Below are positions 17,687 to 26,622 of a DNA stretch of 64,000 nt, one piece after another (position 1 is the stretch's first letter; every line of letters starts with the position of its first letter). This DNA comes from Deltaproteobacteria bacterium (GTDB lineage: Bacteria; Myxococcota_A; UBA9042; PHBI01). The DNA is taken from NCBI GenBank assembly GCA_016792665.1, contig JAEUKJ010000497.1, forward strand, positions 1,490-65,489. Direction: 5' to 3'. A program made the translations under genes and the position numbers. A model generated the notes under the pieces. It saw only the letters and a list, made by a program, of their open reading frames with translations. It did not search any database and was not told the DNA's origin.

Positions 17687-18088
17687 TCAGAGGACGTCGA
17701 CGTAGGCGCCGTAGGTCTGCTGCTCGAGGTCGTCGGCCGTCTTGGCGACCCAGAAGATGGTCTTGCCCACCTCGGTGAGGTCGCTCGTGCGGTCGAGCAG
17801 CGAGTGCATGATGACGACGTCGTTGCCCTTGAGCGCCACGCGGCCGTAGCTGAGCTGCATGTTGAGGCGGAGGAGGCCCCACGGGTCGTTCTTGGTCTGC
17901 GCGTCCGCGGCTTTGGACCAGATGAAGGCGACGGGGTCGCGGTCGCCGTCGACGGCCATCGTCACATTGATGACCTGCGTGCGGCCGTACTGCGTGACGA
18001 CCTCGATGCGCAGATCGCCATTGGGTTCACGACGGGACGGCCAGCCCTTCATCGCGGCGGCCTGGGTGGCGAGATTCAGGACATTCAT
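17687..18088 (-). CDS. hypothetical cytoplasmic protein (possibly YbjN/T3SS-chaperone-like fold)
   Basis: 133 aa with balanced composition and high GC3. The fold suggestion is based only on size and pattern and is weak. Confidence 0.5.
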   Translation of the reverse strand: MNVLNLATQAAAMKGWPSRREPNGDLRIEVVTQYGRTQVINVTMAVDGDRDPVAFIWSKAADAQTKNDPWGLLRLNMQLSYGRVALKGNDVVIMHSLLDRTSDLTEVGKTIFWVAKTADDLEQQTYGAYVDVL

Positions 18089-18198
18089 CGGGCTTCCTCC
18101 GGTGGAGCGGCGGCTACATTAGTCCACCCGCGCCACTTCGCAAGGGATGCCTGCCTCGACCTACACCCGTGGGCGTGGGCGCCCGCCCTTTGGGGACG

Positions 18199-20142
18199 TC
18201 AGGGATCGACGACCTGGACCCCGACGCCCTGGTACACGCGGAGGTGCAGGTTCGCCTTCACGTCGCCCAGCGTCTGGATCTCGCCGTCGGGCCAGCGGAT
18301 GACCACGTTGGCGGCGCCCGAGTCGCCGCCCAGCCCGAAGATCTCGCGCCGCGACTGCTGCGTGTTGTAGTGGCCGGTGCCGCCGATCACCTCGCGCACC
18401 TGCTTGCCGACCGCGCTCTCGAGCGTGATGCGCGCGCCGGTCGCATCGCGCGGCGCCGTGCCGACGAGCTCGATGGCGAGCCAGTGGCCGTGCGCGGCCG
18501 TGTTCTCGAAGAGGGTGCCGCCCGCGGTCTTCGGCATGAAGAAGTCGAGGTCGCCGTCCTGGTCGACGTCGAGCCAGAGCGTCGGCCCGGGCTGCGTGAT
18601 GTCGACGCCCGACTCCGCCCAGGTCCGCTTGCCGAACTTCTTGTCAGCGGTCTGGAGGTAGACCTCCCACTTCGAGCCGCCGCGCAGCCGCGAGACCGCG
18701 AGGTCCAGGCGCCCGTCGTTGTCGACGTCGACGAAGACCGGGTGGAGCTCGTCCTCGTAGTACTCGAGGCCGCGCTGCATGCTCTCTTCGGTGAAGACGC
18801 GCGCGCTGCCGGGCTCGCCGCCGGGGTTCACGTGCAGCATGAGGCGGTCGGTCTGGGGATAGTCGGGGTGCGCGATCTGGCCGACCGCGAGGTCGAGGTC
18901 GCCGTCGTTGTCGAAGTCGCCCCACGAGCACCCAAAGCCGTTGCCACCGATGGGCCCGGGGTAGGTCTTGCCGTCGTAGACGACCGGGTCTTCGCGCTGC
19001 ACGCCGCCGATACCGCGGATGGTCGCGTGCACCTTGGCCGCCTCGCCGACATCGGTGAAGGCCATGGCGCCGTCGTTGCGCCAGAGGAAGTTCCACTCCC
19101 AGTAGTGCGGCGGGTCGTCCGCGGCGGGGCGGCCGGCGCCGTAGTTGTTGACGAAGAGGTCGAGGTCGCCGTCGTCGTCGAAGTCCGCCGGGCAGAGGCC
19201 GTAGCCGCGGCGCGGGACGCCAGCGTAGGACGGGTCCATCTGCGAGGTGAGCGGGTTGTGCTGGTCGGGCAGCGGGAAGCTCGCGAAGACCCCCGTGCCG
19301 TCGCCGCGGTAGAGCTCGTCGGCGGTCTGGAGGTAGAAGTTGCCGGCCAGGTCGCCGACGTTCCACATCGCCACGTAGAGGTCCAGGCGCCCGTCCTTGT
19401 CGAAGTCGGCCAGCGTCGCGGCGGCCATCTCCTTGAAGCGGCTGCCGACCTTGTTAGAGGCGAGGCCGTTGTTGCCGAGGTAGCTGAAGTGACCGCGGCC
19501 GTCGTTCAGCCAGATGCCGTGCTTGCCGTCGGCGCCCGACCGGAACGAGGTCCCCGAGAAGGCGTCGGGATCGCCGTCGTTGTCGAGGTCGCCGAAGACG
19601 AGCAGCACCATGCTCGCGTCCATCCCGGTCTGGGCCGTGACGTCCTCGAAGGCCCAGTCCGAGCTGCCGCGCGGCGTGGCGTTCCTCAGGAAGATCGGCT
19701 TCATGCCGACCGAGGTCCCGAGCACGACCAGGTCATCGCGCCCGTCGACGTCGAAGTCGACGACCATGGCGCGCCCCTCGGGCAGCGTGAGGCCGGTCGG
19801 GATGGCTGCGGCGCGGTTGGCGAAGAGCGGGAAGGTCGCGGCGGGGGCGGCCGCGGTGGTGATGGCGCCGACGTGCTTCCAGAGGCTCGGGTCGCTGGGC
19901 GTGGTGTCCGGGCCCTGCGTATCGCGCGTGTCAGGCACGATGGTGTCGGGCTGGACCGTATCGGGCGACGTGTCGGCGGCGGTGTCGGCCGCATCGGCGG
20001 TGTCGACGGTGTCGACCGTGTCGGGCGACGCGGTGTCGGTGTCGACCGTATCGACCGTGTCCGGCACGTCAGCGTTGCCGGACGCATCACCGCAGGCGGC
20101 GATCGAGAGGGCGAGGAGCGGGACGACAGGCAGGAGGCGCAT
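18199..20142 (-). CDS. CRTAC1/ASPIC-UnbV family lipoprotein with FG-GAP (VCBS) repeats
   Basis: ATG 20142 gives MRLLPVVPLLALSIAAC, followed by a DT-rich linker. There are at least seven FG-GAP Ca-binding loops (FDVDGRDDLVV, FGDLDNDGDPDAF, ADFDKDGRLDLYV, ADFDDDGDLDLFV, GDFDNDGDLDLAV, VDVDNDGRLDLAV, LDVDQDGDLDFFM). The UnbV_ASPIC tail reads GARITLES...GGTGHYNTQQSRREIFGLG. Confidence 0.85.
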   Translation of the reverse strand: MRLLPVVPLLALSIAACGDASGNADVPDTVDTVDTDTASPDTVDTVDTADAADTAADTSPDTVQPDTIVPDTRDTQGPDTTPSDPSLWKHVGAITTAAAPAATFPLFANRAAAIPTGLTLPEGRAMVVDFDVDGRDDLVVLGTSVGMKPIFLRNATPRGSSDWAFEDVTAQTGMDASMVLLVFGDLDNDGDPDAFSGTSFRSGADGKHGIWLNDGRGHFSYLGNNGLASNKVGSRFKEMAAATLADFDKDGRLDLYVAMWNVGDLAGNFYLQTADELYRGDGTGVFASFPLPDQHNPLTSQMDPSYAGVPRRGYGLCPADFDDDGDLDLFVNNYGAGRPAADDPPHYWEWNFLWRNDGAMAFTDVGEAAKVHATIRGIGGVQREDPVVYDGKTYPGPIGGNGFGCSWGDFDNDGDLDLAVGQIAHPDYPQTDRLMLHVNPGGEPGSARVFTEESMQRGLEYYEDELHPVFVDVDNDGRLDLAVSRLRGGSKWEVYLQTADKKFGKRTWAESGVDITQPGPTLWLDVDQDGDLDFFMPKTAGGTLFENTAAHGHWLAIELVGTAPRDATGARITLESAVGKQVREVIGGTGHYNTQQSRREIFGLGGDSGAANVVIRWPDGEIQTLGDVKANLHLRVYQGVGVQVVDP

Positions 20143-20251
20143 GATGGGTCCTGGGCGCGGCGAGCGGCGGACGGTAGCCGAACCTTTCGAGCGTTCAAAA
20201 GGAAAAGTCACAGCCTGGGCCGCCGCGTCAGGTGGCGCTCGGACGGGGGCT

Positions 20252-21736
20252 TCACACGACCAGCGCGAGCCAGCCGGTGATGATCACGATGCCCGCGAGG
20301 TTCAGCCACAGGCCAGCGCGCGCCATCTCGCCGATCGGGATGCGGCCGGTGCCATAGACCACGGCATTGGGTGGGGTGGCGACGGGCAGCATGAAGGCGC
20401 ACGACGCGGACAGGGCCGCGGGCAGCATGACGAGCTCGGGGGAGAGGCCGCTGGCCTTGGCGACCGGGGCGAGGATCGGCATGAGCAGGGTCGTCAGCGC
20501 GGTGTTCGAGGTCACCTCGGTGAAGAACGTCACCGCGGTCGCGATGACCAACATGAAGAGGATGGGAGGCAGCGAGGAGAGGCCGCTGAGACCCTGGACG
20601 ATGGCGGTCGAGAGGCCTGACGCGTCGAAGCCGCGTGCGAGCGCGAGACCGCCGCCGAAGAGGAGGACGACGTCCCACGGGATCTTGCGCGCGGTCGGCC
20701 AGTCCAGGAGGCGCTGGCCCGGCTCGGTGCGGGAGGGCCACACGAAGAGGAGGGTCGTGCCCAGGATGGCGACGGTGGCGTCGTCGACGGTCTTGTCGAG
20801 CCCGAGCAGCGGGGCCCAGCCGATCTTCTGGCCGTGGCCGAGGTCGACGCTGCGCGTGATCCAGAGGACCACCATGACGAGGAAGATCGCCGCGACGCGC
20901 TTCTCGTCGGGGGAGATCGGGCCGAGCGCCCTGGCCTCTTCCAGGAGCACCTCGCGGCCGGCGGAGATCTGGCCCGGCGCGGCCTTGGCAAGCCGCATGT
21001 GGCGTACGAAGTAGACGTACAGGAAGGCGGCCATGAGGACCGCGACCGGCAAGGCGCGAAGCATCCACTCGAGGAAGCCCGGGGCGGTGCCGAAGTACTT
21101 CTCGACGGCGCCGAGGTAGATGAGGTTCGGCGGCGTGCCGAGCGGGGTCGCGATGCCGCCGATCGACGCCCCATAGGCGACCGCGAGCAGCAGCGCGGTC
21201 GCGAAGCGGCTCGCGGCCTTCGGGTCGTCAGGGCGGGCGAGCTCGGGCTCGAGACGCGCGACGAGGGCCAGGGCGATCGGCAACATGATGAGGGTCGCGG
21301 CGGTGTTGGCGATCCACATCGACATGAACCCGGTCGCGACCAACATGCCGAGCACCAGGCGCCGGGGCGAGGCACCGATGCGCAAGAGCACCCAGAGGGC
21401 CAGGCGGCGGTGGAGACCCCAGCGCTCGAGCGCCAGGGCGGCCATGAACCCGGCCATCATGAGGACGATGAAGCGGTCCATGTAGGTGCCGGCGGTCTGC
21501 TCCGAGCTGAGCACGCCCGAGACCGGCAACAGCAAGAGCGGCAAGAGCGAGGTCGCCGCGATCGGCATGCACTCGGCCACCCACCAGAGCGCCACCCAGA
21601 AGGTCACGCCCACCATGGCCAGCGCACTCGGCGCGAGGCCGCCCACGCCGACCCCGGCCTTGCCGAGCACGAGCAGCACGAGGCCGACCAACGGCCCGAG
21701 GTAGAGCGCGACGCGGCGCGGAGACAGCACCCACAT
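20252..21736 (-). CDS. DASS/SLC13 family sodium-coupled anion (di/tricarboxylate or sulfate) symporter
   Basis: 494 aa and polytopic. The hairpin-tip motifs are FTEVTSNTALTTLL and MLPVATPPNAVVY. The region MWIANTAATLIMLPI is also present. Confidence 0.8.
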   Translation of the reverse strand: MWVLSPRRVALYLGPLVGLVLLVLGKAGVGVGGLAPSALAMVGVTFWVALWWVAECMPIAATSLLPLLLLPVSGVLSSEQTAGTYMDRFIVLMMAGFMAALALERWGLHRRLALWVLLRIGASPRRLVLGMLVATGFMSMWIANTAATLIMLPIALALVARLEPELARPDDPKAASRFATALLLAVAYGASIGGIATPLGTPPNLIYLGAVEKYFGTAPGFLEWMLRALPVAVLMAAFLYVYFVRHMRLAKAAPGQISAGREVLLEEARALGPISPDEKRVAAIFLVMVVLWITRSVDLGHGQKIGWAPLLGLDKTVDDATVAILGTTLLFVWPSRTEPGQRLLDWPTARKIPWDVVLLFGGGLALARGFDASGLSTAIVQGLSGLSSLPPILFMLVIATAVTFFTEVTSNTALTTLLMPILAPVAKASGLSPELVMLPAALSASCAFMLPVATPPNAVVYGTGRIPIGEMARAGLWLNLAGIVIITGWLALVV

Positions 21737-21956
21737 GCGCGCACGCTAACCCGGGTGGCCAAGGTCCGAAAGGGACCCAACCCCAAAAGGCGGCGCCCCG
21801 AACGCGGAGGATCCAGCCCGGAGCGGCTTTCGACGTCTGCCCAAGGTGCCTGTCGGAACCGGGCCCCGGGGTCCCGGAACCAGCGCGGAGCCGCGTCTCA
21901 CGCGGGCGTGGCAAGGAATGCAGCAAGGTTGTTGTAGTCGTGGTAGGGCGGTCGAC

Positions 21957-23225
21957 ATGGGTGGAATCGAGAGCTCCGTCGGCCGGCCCGTGCGCGGCCA
22001 GAACTTCTTCGACCGCGAGGACGAGCAGCGCCTCCTCTGGCAGCACCTCCGGCAGAGTCACATCCTGCTGCTCGCGCCGCGCCGGGTGGGCAAGACCTCG
22101 CTCCTCTTCCGGCTGATGGACGATGCCCGTCAGCACGATCGGCGCGCCGTCTACGTGTCGGTCGCCGACGCCCGCAGCGAGGACGACATCGTCCGTAAGC
22201 TTCTGACAGCACTCGCGAATCACCCCGAGAGCGACGCCCTACTGAAGCGCCTCGGGCGCGGCCCGTTCAAGCGCTTCTTCTCCCGGCTCAAGGGGCGCGT
22301 GGCGGCCGGCCCCCTCTCGCTGGAGCTCGCCCCGGCCGAGGCCCCGAGCTGGGCGAGCCTGGCCGAGGCGGCGACCGAGGCGATCGAGCGGGCCGGCGAG
22401 CGCTGGCTCGTGCTGGTCGACGAGCTGCCGATCTTCGTGATGACCCTCCTTCGCCAGGACCAGGCCGAGAGCGCCGACGGACCGCCGCGGCGCACGCGCG
22501 ACTTCCTGAACTGGTTCAGACAGTTGCGTAACGTCGGCGGCGCCACCACCAGCGACGCCGCACGCGACGAGGCGAGCCTGCGCTGGATCCTGGCCGGCTC
22601 GATCGGCCTCGACAGCGTGGTCGCCCGCGCGCGCCTCGGCGACACGATCAACGACCTCCGCGTCTTCCCGCTCGGCGCCTTCTCGCCGGCGGTGGCCGAC
22701 CACTTCCTCGCGGCACTCGGCGACTCCTACGGCCTGCCCCTCGACGCGCCGACGCGCGCCCGCCTCGCCGAGCGCGCCGGCTGGCTCATCCCCTTCTACC
22801 TCCAGGTGCTCTTCTCGCGCCTCCACGACCTCGCCGCCGAAGCCAGCCTGCGCCCGAGCCCAGCGCTCGTCGATCGCGTCGTCGAAGAGCTCCTCACCCC
22901 GACCTACCGCGCCTACTTCGACTACTGGCGCCAGCGCCTCACCGAAGAGCTCGGGCGCCCCGACGACCAGCGCGCCCTGGCCCTCCTCGCCGTCATCGCC
23001 CCCGAGCTCGACGGCGCCCCGCGCGAGGCGCTCCAGCGCGTGGCCGCCGGCTTCGAGGGGCTCACGGCGAGCCAACGCGACGAGAGCCTGCGCTTCCTCC
23101 TCGAGGTGCTGGAAAACGACGGCTACATCGTCAGCGACAGCGGCGAACGCGCGCCGCAGTCCGCGCGCTTCCGCTTCCGCTCGAACCTCTTGCGCGAGTA
23201 CTGGCTGCGCCGGGTCATCGCATGA
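21957..23225 (+). CDS. P-loop NTPase of the archaeal-ATPase (ATPase_2, PF01637-like) type
   Basis: ATG 21957 within ORF 21846..23225. The N-terminus reads FFDREDEQRLLWQHLRQSHILLLAPRRVGKTSLL (Walker A). Walker B is WLVLVDELP. A helical C-terminal region of about 200 aa follows. Confidence 0.75.
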   Translation: MGGIESSVGRPVRGQNFFDREDEQRLLWQHLRQSHILLLAPRRVGKTSLLFRLMDDARQHDRRAVYVSVADARSEDDIVRKLLTALANHPESDALLKRLGRGPFKRFFSRLKGRVAAGPLSLELAPAEAPSWASLAEAATEAIERAGERWLVLVDELPIFVMTLLRQDQAESADGPPRRTRDFLNWFRQLRNVGGATTSDAARDEASLRWILAGSIGLDSVVARARLGDTINDLRVFPLGAFSPAVADHFLAALGDSYGLPLDAPTRARLAERAGWLIPFYLQVLFSRLHDLAAEASLRPSPALVDRVVEELLTPTYRAYFDYWRQRLTEELGRPDDQRALALLAVIAPELDGAPREALQRVAAGFEGLTASQRDESLRFLLEVLENDGYIVSDSGERAPQSARFRFRSNLLREYWLRRVIA

Positions 23226-24607
23226 CGCCGCTCTACAACCCGGCCCTCTTGCCGGCCGAGCGCACGCGGCTCGCGACCTCGCTGCGCCCGCACCTCGTGA
23301 CGAGCCTGCTCGGCTTCCTGCGCCGCCTTGGTGCCGATGGCGCGCCACAACACCAACTCGTCCTCGGGCCGAGCGGCTCGGGCAAGACCATGTTGCTCCG
23401 CACGCTGCAGACCGAGGTCCTGGCCGATCCCGAGCTCGCGCGACGCTGGTTCCCGCTGACCTTCCCCGAAGCCCAGTGGGACATCGCGCGCACCGCCGAC
23501 CTCTGGGCCAACGCCCTCGACTACCTCGTCGTGGCGCTCGAGCGACGCGCGGCCGGCGGCGCGGACGCCCTGCGCGCGCGCATCGCGGCCCTCCCAGAGG
23601 ACGTCGACCAGCGCGGGCCAGCCGCGTTGGCGCTGCTCGTCGCCGAGGCCAAGCGCCTCGAGCGTCGGTTCGTCTTCTTGATCGACACCCTCGACGTCGT
23701 CCTCGAGCGCCTGAAGCGCGACCAGTGGGAGGTCCGCGAGGTGCTGGCGAGCCAGTCGGAGGTCCTGGTCATCGGTGCCTCGGCGCGCGCCATCGAGGCG
23801 ACCTACCGCTACGATGCGGCCTTCTACGACTTCTTCCAGCTCCACGAGCTGCGTCCGATCCACCCCGACCTCCTGCCGCGCCTCCTCGATCGCGTCGCCG
23901 CCGACGAGCCCCTGTACCGTACGCTCGCCCTCGCGCTCGCCGCGCGCCCCGCGATCGTGCGCGCAGCACTGCACCTCGTCGGGAGCCAACCGCGCATGCT
24001 GGCGCTCCTCGGTCGGGCCCTCGCGGACGCCCCGGAGGCCAGCGCCGCGACCCTCGTGCAGCTCGCCCTCGATGGCTGGACGCCGGCCTTCCGCGCGCGC
24101 GTCGAGCCACTGGCCCCGCAGTCACTCATGGTGCTGCACGCGCTGGCCAGCCTGTGGCACCCGTCGCGCCCGCAGGAGGTCGCCGCGCGGAGCCGCCTCG
24201 CACCGAACGTGGTCTCGGCCCAGCTCCACCGTCTCGTCCAGGAAGGGGTCGTCGACAAGGTGCCGCTCGGCGCGCGCGTCGGGTTCCTCATCGCCGATCG
24301 CGTCCTCCAGGCGTGGCTCCTCATGCGCCTCGGCCAGCCCCACCGCCGGCGACTCGCCGCCGCGGCCGACGCACTTGCCGCGCTCGGAGACACAGATTTG
24401 ACACGCGAAGCCGGCGCCGCCGGACCCGTGCAGGCACCCGATGAGGCCGACCCCGAACGGCATTCACACGTCGCGCCGGAGCTGCGATCGCTCATGGGAA
24501 GCTCCTATGAAAGCGCGGTTTTCGCGTCCCAGGCCGCGCTGGCGGGGGTCGAGACAGGCGCGAGAGGAATCTCTGATCAGCGGTCAGGTTTGGGGAAACG
24601 AACGTAG
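23222..24607 (+). CDS. second P-loop NTPase with a C-terminal winged-helix-like segment
   Basis: The start overlaps the upstream stop as ATGA (23222..23225). Walker A is LVLGPSGSGKTMLL and the Walker B-like stretch is RFVFLIDTLDVV. The segment PQEVAARSRLAPNVVSAQLHRLVQEGVVDKV is MarR/wHTH-like. Confidence 0.7.
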   Translation: MTPLYNPALLPAERTRLATSLRPHLVTSLLGFLRRLGADGAPQHQLVLGPSGSGKTMLLRTLQTEVLADPELARRWFPLTFPEAQWDIARTADLWANALDYLVVALERRAAGGADALRARIAALPEDVDQRGPAALALLVAEAKRLERRFVFLIDTLDVVLERLKRDQWEVREVLASQSEVLVIGASARAIEATYRYDAAFYDFFQLHELRPIHPDLLPRLLDRVAADEPLYRTLALALAARPAIVRAALHLVGSQPRMLALLGRALADAPEASAATLVQLALDGWTPAFRARVEPLAPQSLMVLHALASLWHPSRPQEVAARSRLAPNVVSAQLHRLVQEGVVDKVPLGARVGFLIADRVLQAWLLMRLGQPHRRRLAAAADALAALGDTDLTREAGAAGPVQAPDEADPERHSHVAPELRSLMGSSYESAVFASQAALAGVETGARGISDQRSGLGKRT

Positions 24608-24703
24608 AAACTGGACGTCTTTTCGCTGCGTGAGACGTTTCAGCTCTCGCAGCCCGGGTTCGCCCCCGGGCGCGGTTCCGCCCAACCAGAGTCGAGCCCC
24701 GCC

Positions 24704-25321
24704 GTGAACTCCTATTCGATCACCGCCGACCGCCGCCTGGAAGATCTCGTCCGCGAGAACGCGTCACTGCGCGCCGAGATCGAGCGCCTGCGCTCGCTCT
24801 CGATGACCGACGCCCTCACGGGGCTCCCGAACCGCCGCTACCTGGAAGAACGCCTCGACGCCGAGGTCGCCCGCGCCGCGCGTCACCGTCAGCCGCTGGC
24901 CGTGATGGTCATCGACGTCGACGACTTCAAGCGCGTCAATGACACCTGGGGTCACGCCAAAGGGGACGAGGTCCTGGCCTGGGTGGCTGCCTTCCTGCGC
25001 TCGCAGCTCCGCGGCAGCGACGTCGCGTGCCGCACCGGTGGCGACGAGTTCGTCGTGGTCTTGCCGGCGACCGGCCGCGATGGGGCCGACGACCTGGCCG
25101 CGCGACTGCTCTCGACCCTGGCCTCGCTGCGCCACGAGGCTCACGCCGCGGGCCGCACCCCGGCGGAGCACCCCGTCAAGCTGAGCATCGGCGTCGCGGC
25201 GCTGGGCCCCGGCACCGGGGACCCGACGAGCCTGCTCGCGGCCGCCGACCGCGCCATGTATCAGGTCAAGGCGACGACAAAGCGCACGCGCGGCGGCCGT
25301 GTCACCCGCAAGAGCGCCTGA
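24704..25321 (+). CDS. GGDEF diguanylate cyclase with an N-terminal coiled coil
   Basis: GTG start. Motifs: DALTGLPNRR, RTGGDEFVV (active-site GGDEF) and RGSD (an RxxD I-site) five residues upstream of it. Confidence 0.85.
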   Translation: MNSYSITADRRLEDLVRENASLRAEIERLRSLSMTDALTGLPNRRYLEERLDAEVARAARHRQPLAVMVIDVDDFKRVNDTWGHAKGDEVLAWVAAFLRSQLRGSDVACRTGGDEFVVVLPATGRDGADDLAARLLSTLASLRHEAHAAGRTPAEHPVKLSIGVAALGPGTGDPTSLLAAADRAMYQVKATTKRTRGGRVTRKSA

Positions 25322-25423
25322 GCCCGAACCGGGGATTCGCACTCGCCGGCAGCCTCGCTGCGCGAGGCCTTGGACGAATTCGGCGTTGCAGGTGGGAGGG
25401 CGCGGCGAGTAAGGTCGCGCGCC

Positions 25424-25882
25424 ATGAAGCCAACCGTCATCCTCGTCTTCCTCGCCTTTGCCTCACTCGCGGCCTGTGCTGACGAAGGTTCGGACCCGCC
25501 CGCCTCCGGCCGCGTCACCTTCGCGCGCGACCAGGGCGTGAGCTTCACCTCCGGGGCGGTGATGGCGCCCGGCAACTTCTCGAACACGGACGTGTTCGCG
25601 TCGGCCAACGGCAGCTGGCTCAAGCTGTCGAGCGGCGGGTCGAGCCCGACGGCGACGCGTCCCATGGCGTGGTACCTGAACGGCGGTGGGATCCCGCTCG
25701 AGTTCCAGGCGATGAGCGAGGTGCCGAGCACCGATCCCGGCGACACCGTGAGCTACATCGGCAACGCCAAGCCGCACCTCGCCTTCGTGGTCGAGACCGC
25801 GCTCGGCGATCGCGTGCGCGGCTGGATCGAGGCGGGCGACGCGTCGAGCGTGACGCTCCAATGGGAGCGCATCGTCGAGTGA
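25424..25882 (+). CDS. small lipoprotein (hypothetical)
   Basis: ATG 25424 within ORF 25370..25882 gives MKPTVILVFLAFASLAAC (lipobox). Confidence 0.65.
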   Translation: MKPTVILVFLAFASLAACADEGSDPPASGRVTFARDQGVSFTSGAVMAPGNFSNTDVFASANGSWLKLSSGGSSPTATRPMAWYLNGGGIPLEFQAMSEVPSTDPGDTVSYIGNAKPHLAFVVETALGDRVRGWIEAGDASSVTLQWERIVE

Positions 25883-25897
25883 GCGTCGCCGCGCGGC

Positions 25898-26125
25898 TCA
25901 CATCTCGTCGCCCGAGGCCTCGTTGGAGGCCCAGTAATCGGCGAGGAGGTCTTTGGCCTTGGACTCGTCCGAGGCGGTGACGCGGATCTCGACCCCGCGG
26001 GTGGCGTCGAGGCCGGTGTCGTCCTCGAACGTGAAGGCGCTCACCCCGTTGGCGCCGAGGAAGTCGACGAGCGGCTGAGCGAGGGCCTGGACGGGGACGG
26101 TGGTGAGGACGACGTGGTCGGACAT
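25898..26125 (-). CDS. small DUF2007-like protein (hypothetical)
   Basis: 75 aa with an acidic C-terminus and high GC3. The family suggestion is weak. Confidence 0.5.
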   Translation of the reverse strand: MSDHVVLTTVPVQALAQPLVDFLGANGVSAFTFEDDTGLDATRGVEIRVTASDESKAKDLLADYWASNEASGDEM

Positions 26126-26286
26126 CGATGGAGACTCCCGGGGTGTCCCGCCGAGCCTGACGCGGCCGGAACGGGGTTTGGGCCGACGCGGGCCGGCGAC
26201 CGCAGGGTATCAGAGTCGGCGCGGACGGCCTACCTTGTGCGGAACCGCTTCTTGAAAGCGCCTCTCAGTTCTGGTCTAAGAGCCCG

Positions 26287-26622
26287 ATGAGTGAAGCCTC
26301 CCGAGCCCTCGAGGTGAGCGTGGTTCCGAGCGGCGACGCCAAAGCGTCTCGCCCGGCACCGCAATCGAGGGTCGAGGCCCCCGGGCGCGGCGCCCCGCGC
26401 ACCCTCGACCGAGCGGCCCCTGGCGCGGTCGTGCGGGTCATCGGGGTGGATGGCGACGATGCCCTGGCGCGGCGCTTGGAAGACCTCGGCTTCTGGCGTG
26501 GCAGCGAGGTGCGGGTCGATCGCGTCGCGCCCTTCGGAGATCCGGTGCAGTTCCGCCTCCACGGCTATCGGCTCGCGCTCAGGAAGAGCGAGGCCAAGCG
26601 CGTCCTCGTGGAGGACGGATGA
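26287..26622 (+). CDS. feoA: ferrous iron transport protein A
   Basis: The C-terminal 70 aa read GAVVRVIGVDGDDALARRLEDLGFWRGSEVRVDRVAPFGDPVQFRLHGYRLALRKSEA, an FeoA SH3-like pattern. The stop overlaps the feoB start as ATGA. Confidence 0.8.
   Translation: MSEASRALEVSVVPSGDAKASRPAPQSRVEAPGRGAPRTLDRAAPGAVVRVIGVDGDDALARRLEDLGFWRGSEVRVDRVAPFGDPVQFRLHGYRLALRKSEAKRVLVEDG

Noticed and set aside
18169-20280. Plus-strand ORF of 703 aa
   Set aside because: It is a shadow frame opposite the CRTAC1/FG-GAP gene, which has clear repeat motifs and a lipoprotein signal. The plus-frame product is Arg/Val/Glu/Gly-rich with no recognisable motif.
24615-24640. Possible terminator after the second ATPase gene (gacgtct...agacgt followed by ttc)
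   Set aside because: The stem is short (6-7 bp) and the T tail minimal. This leaves open whether the GGDEF gene is co-transcribed.
26126-26286. Fur box upstream of feoA
   Set aside because: I could not recognise a convincing match to the GATAATGATAATCATTATC-type 19-mer. The region is GC-rich throughout. A PWM scan is needed before making any claim.
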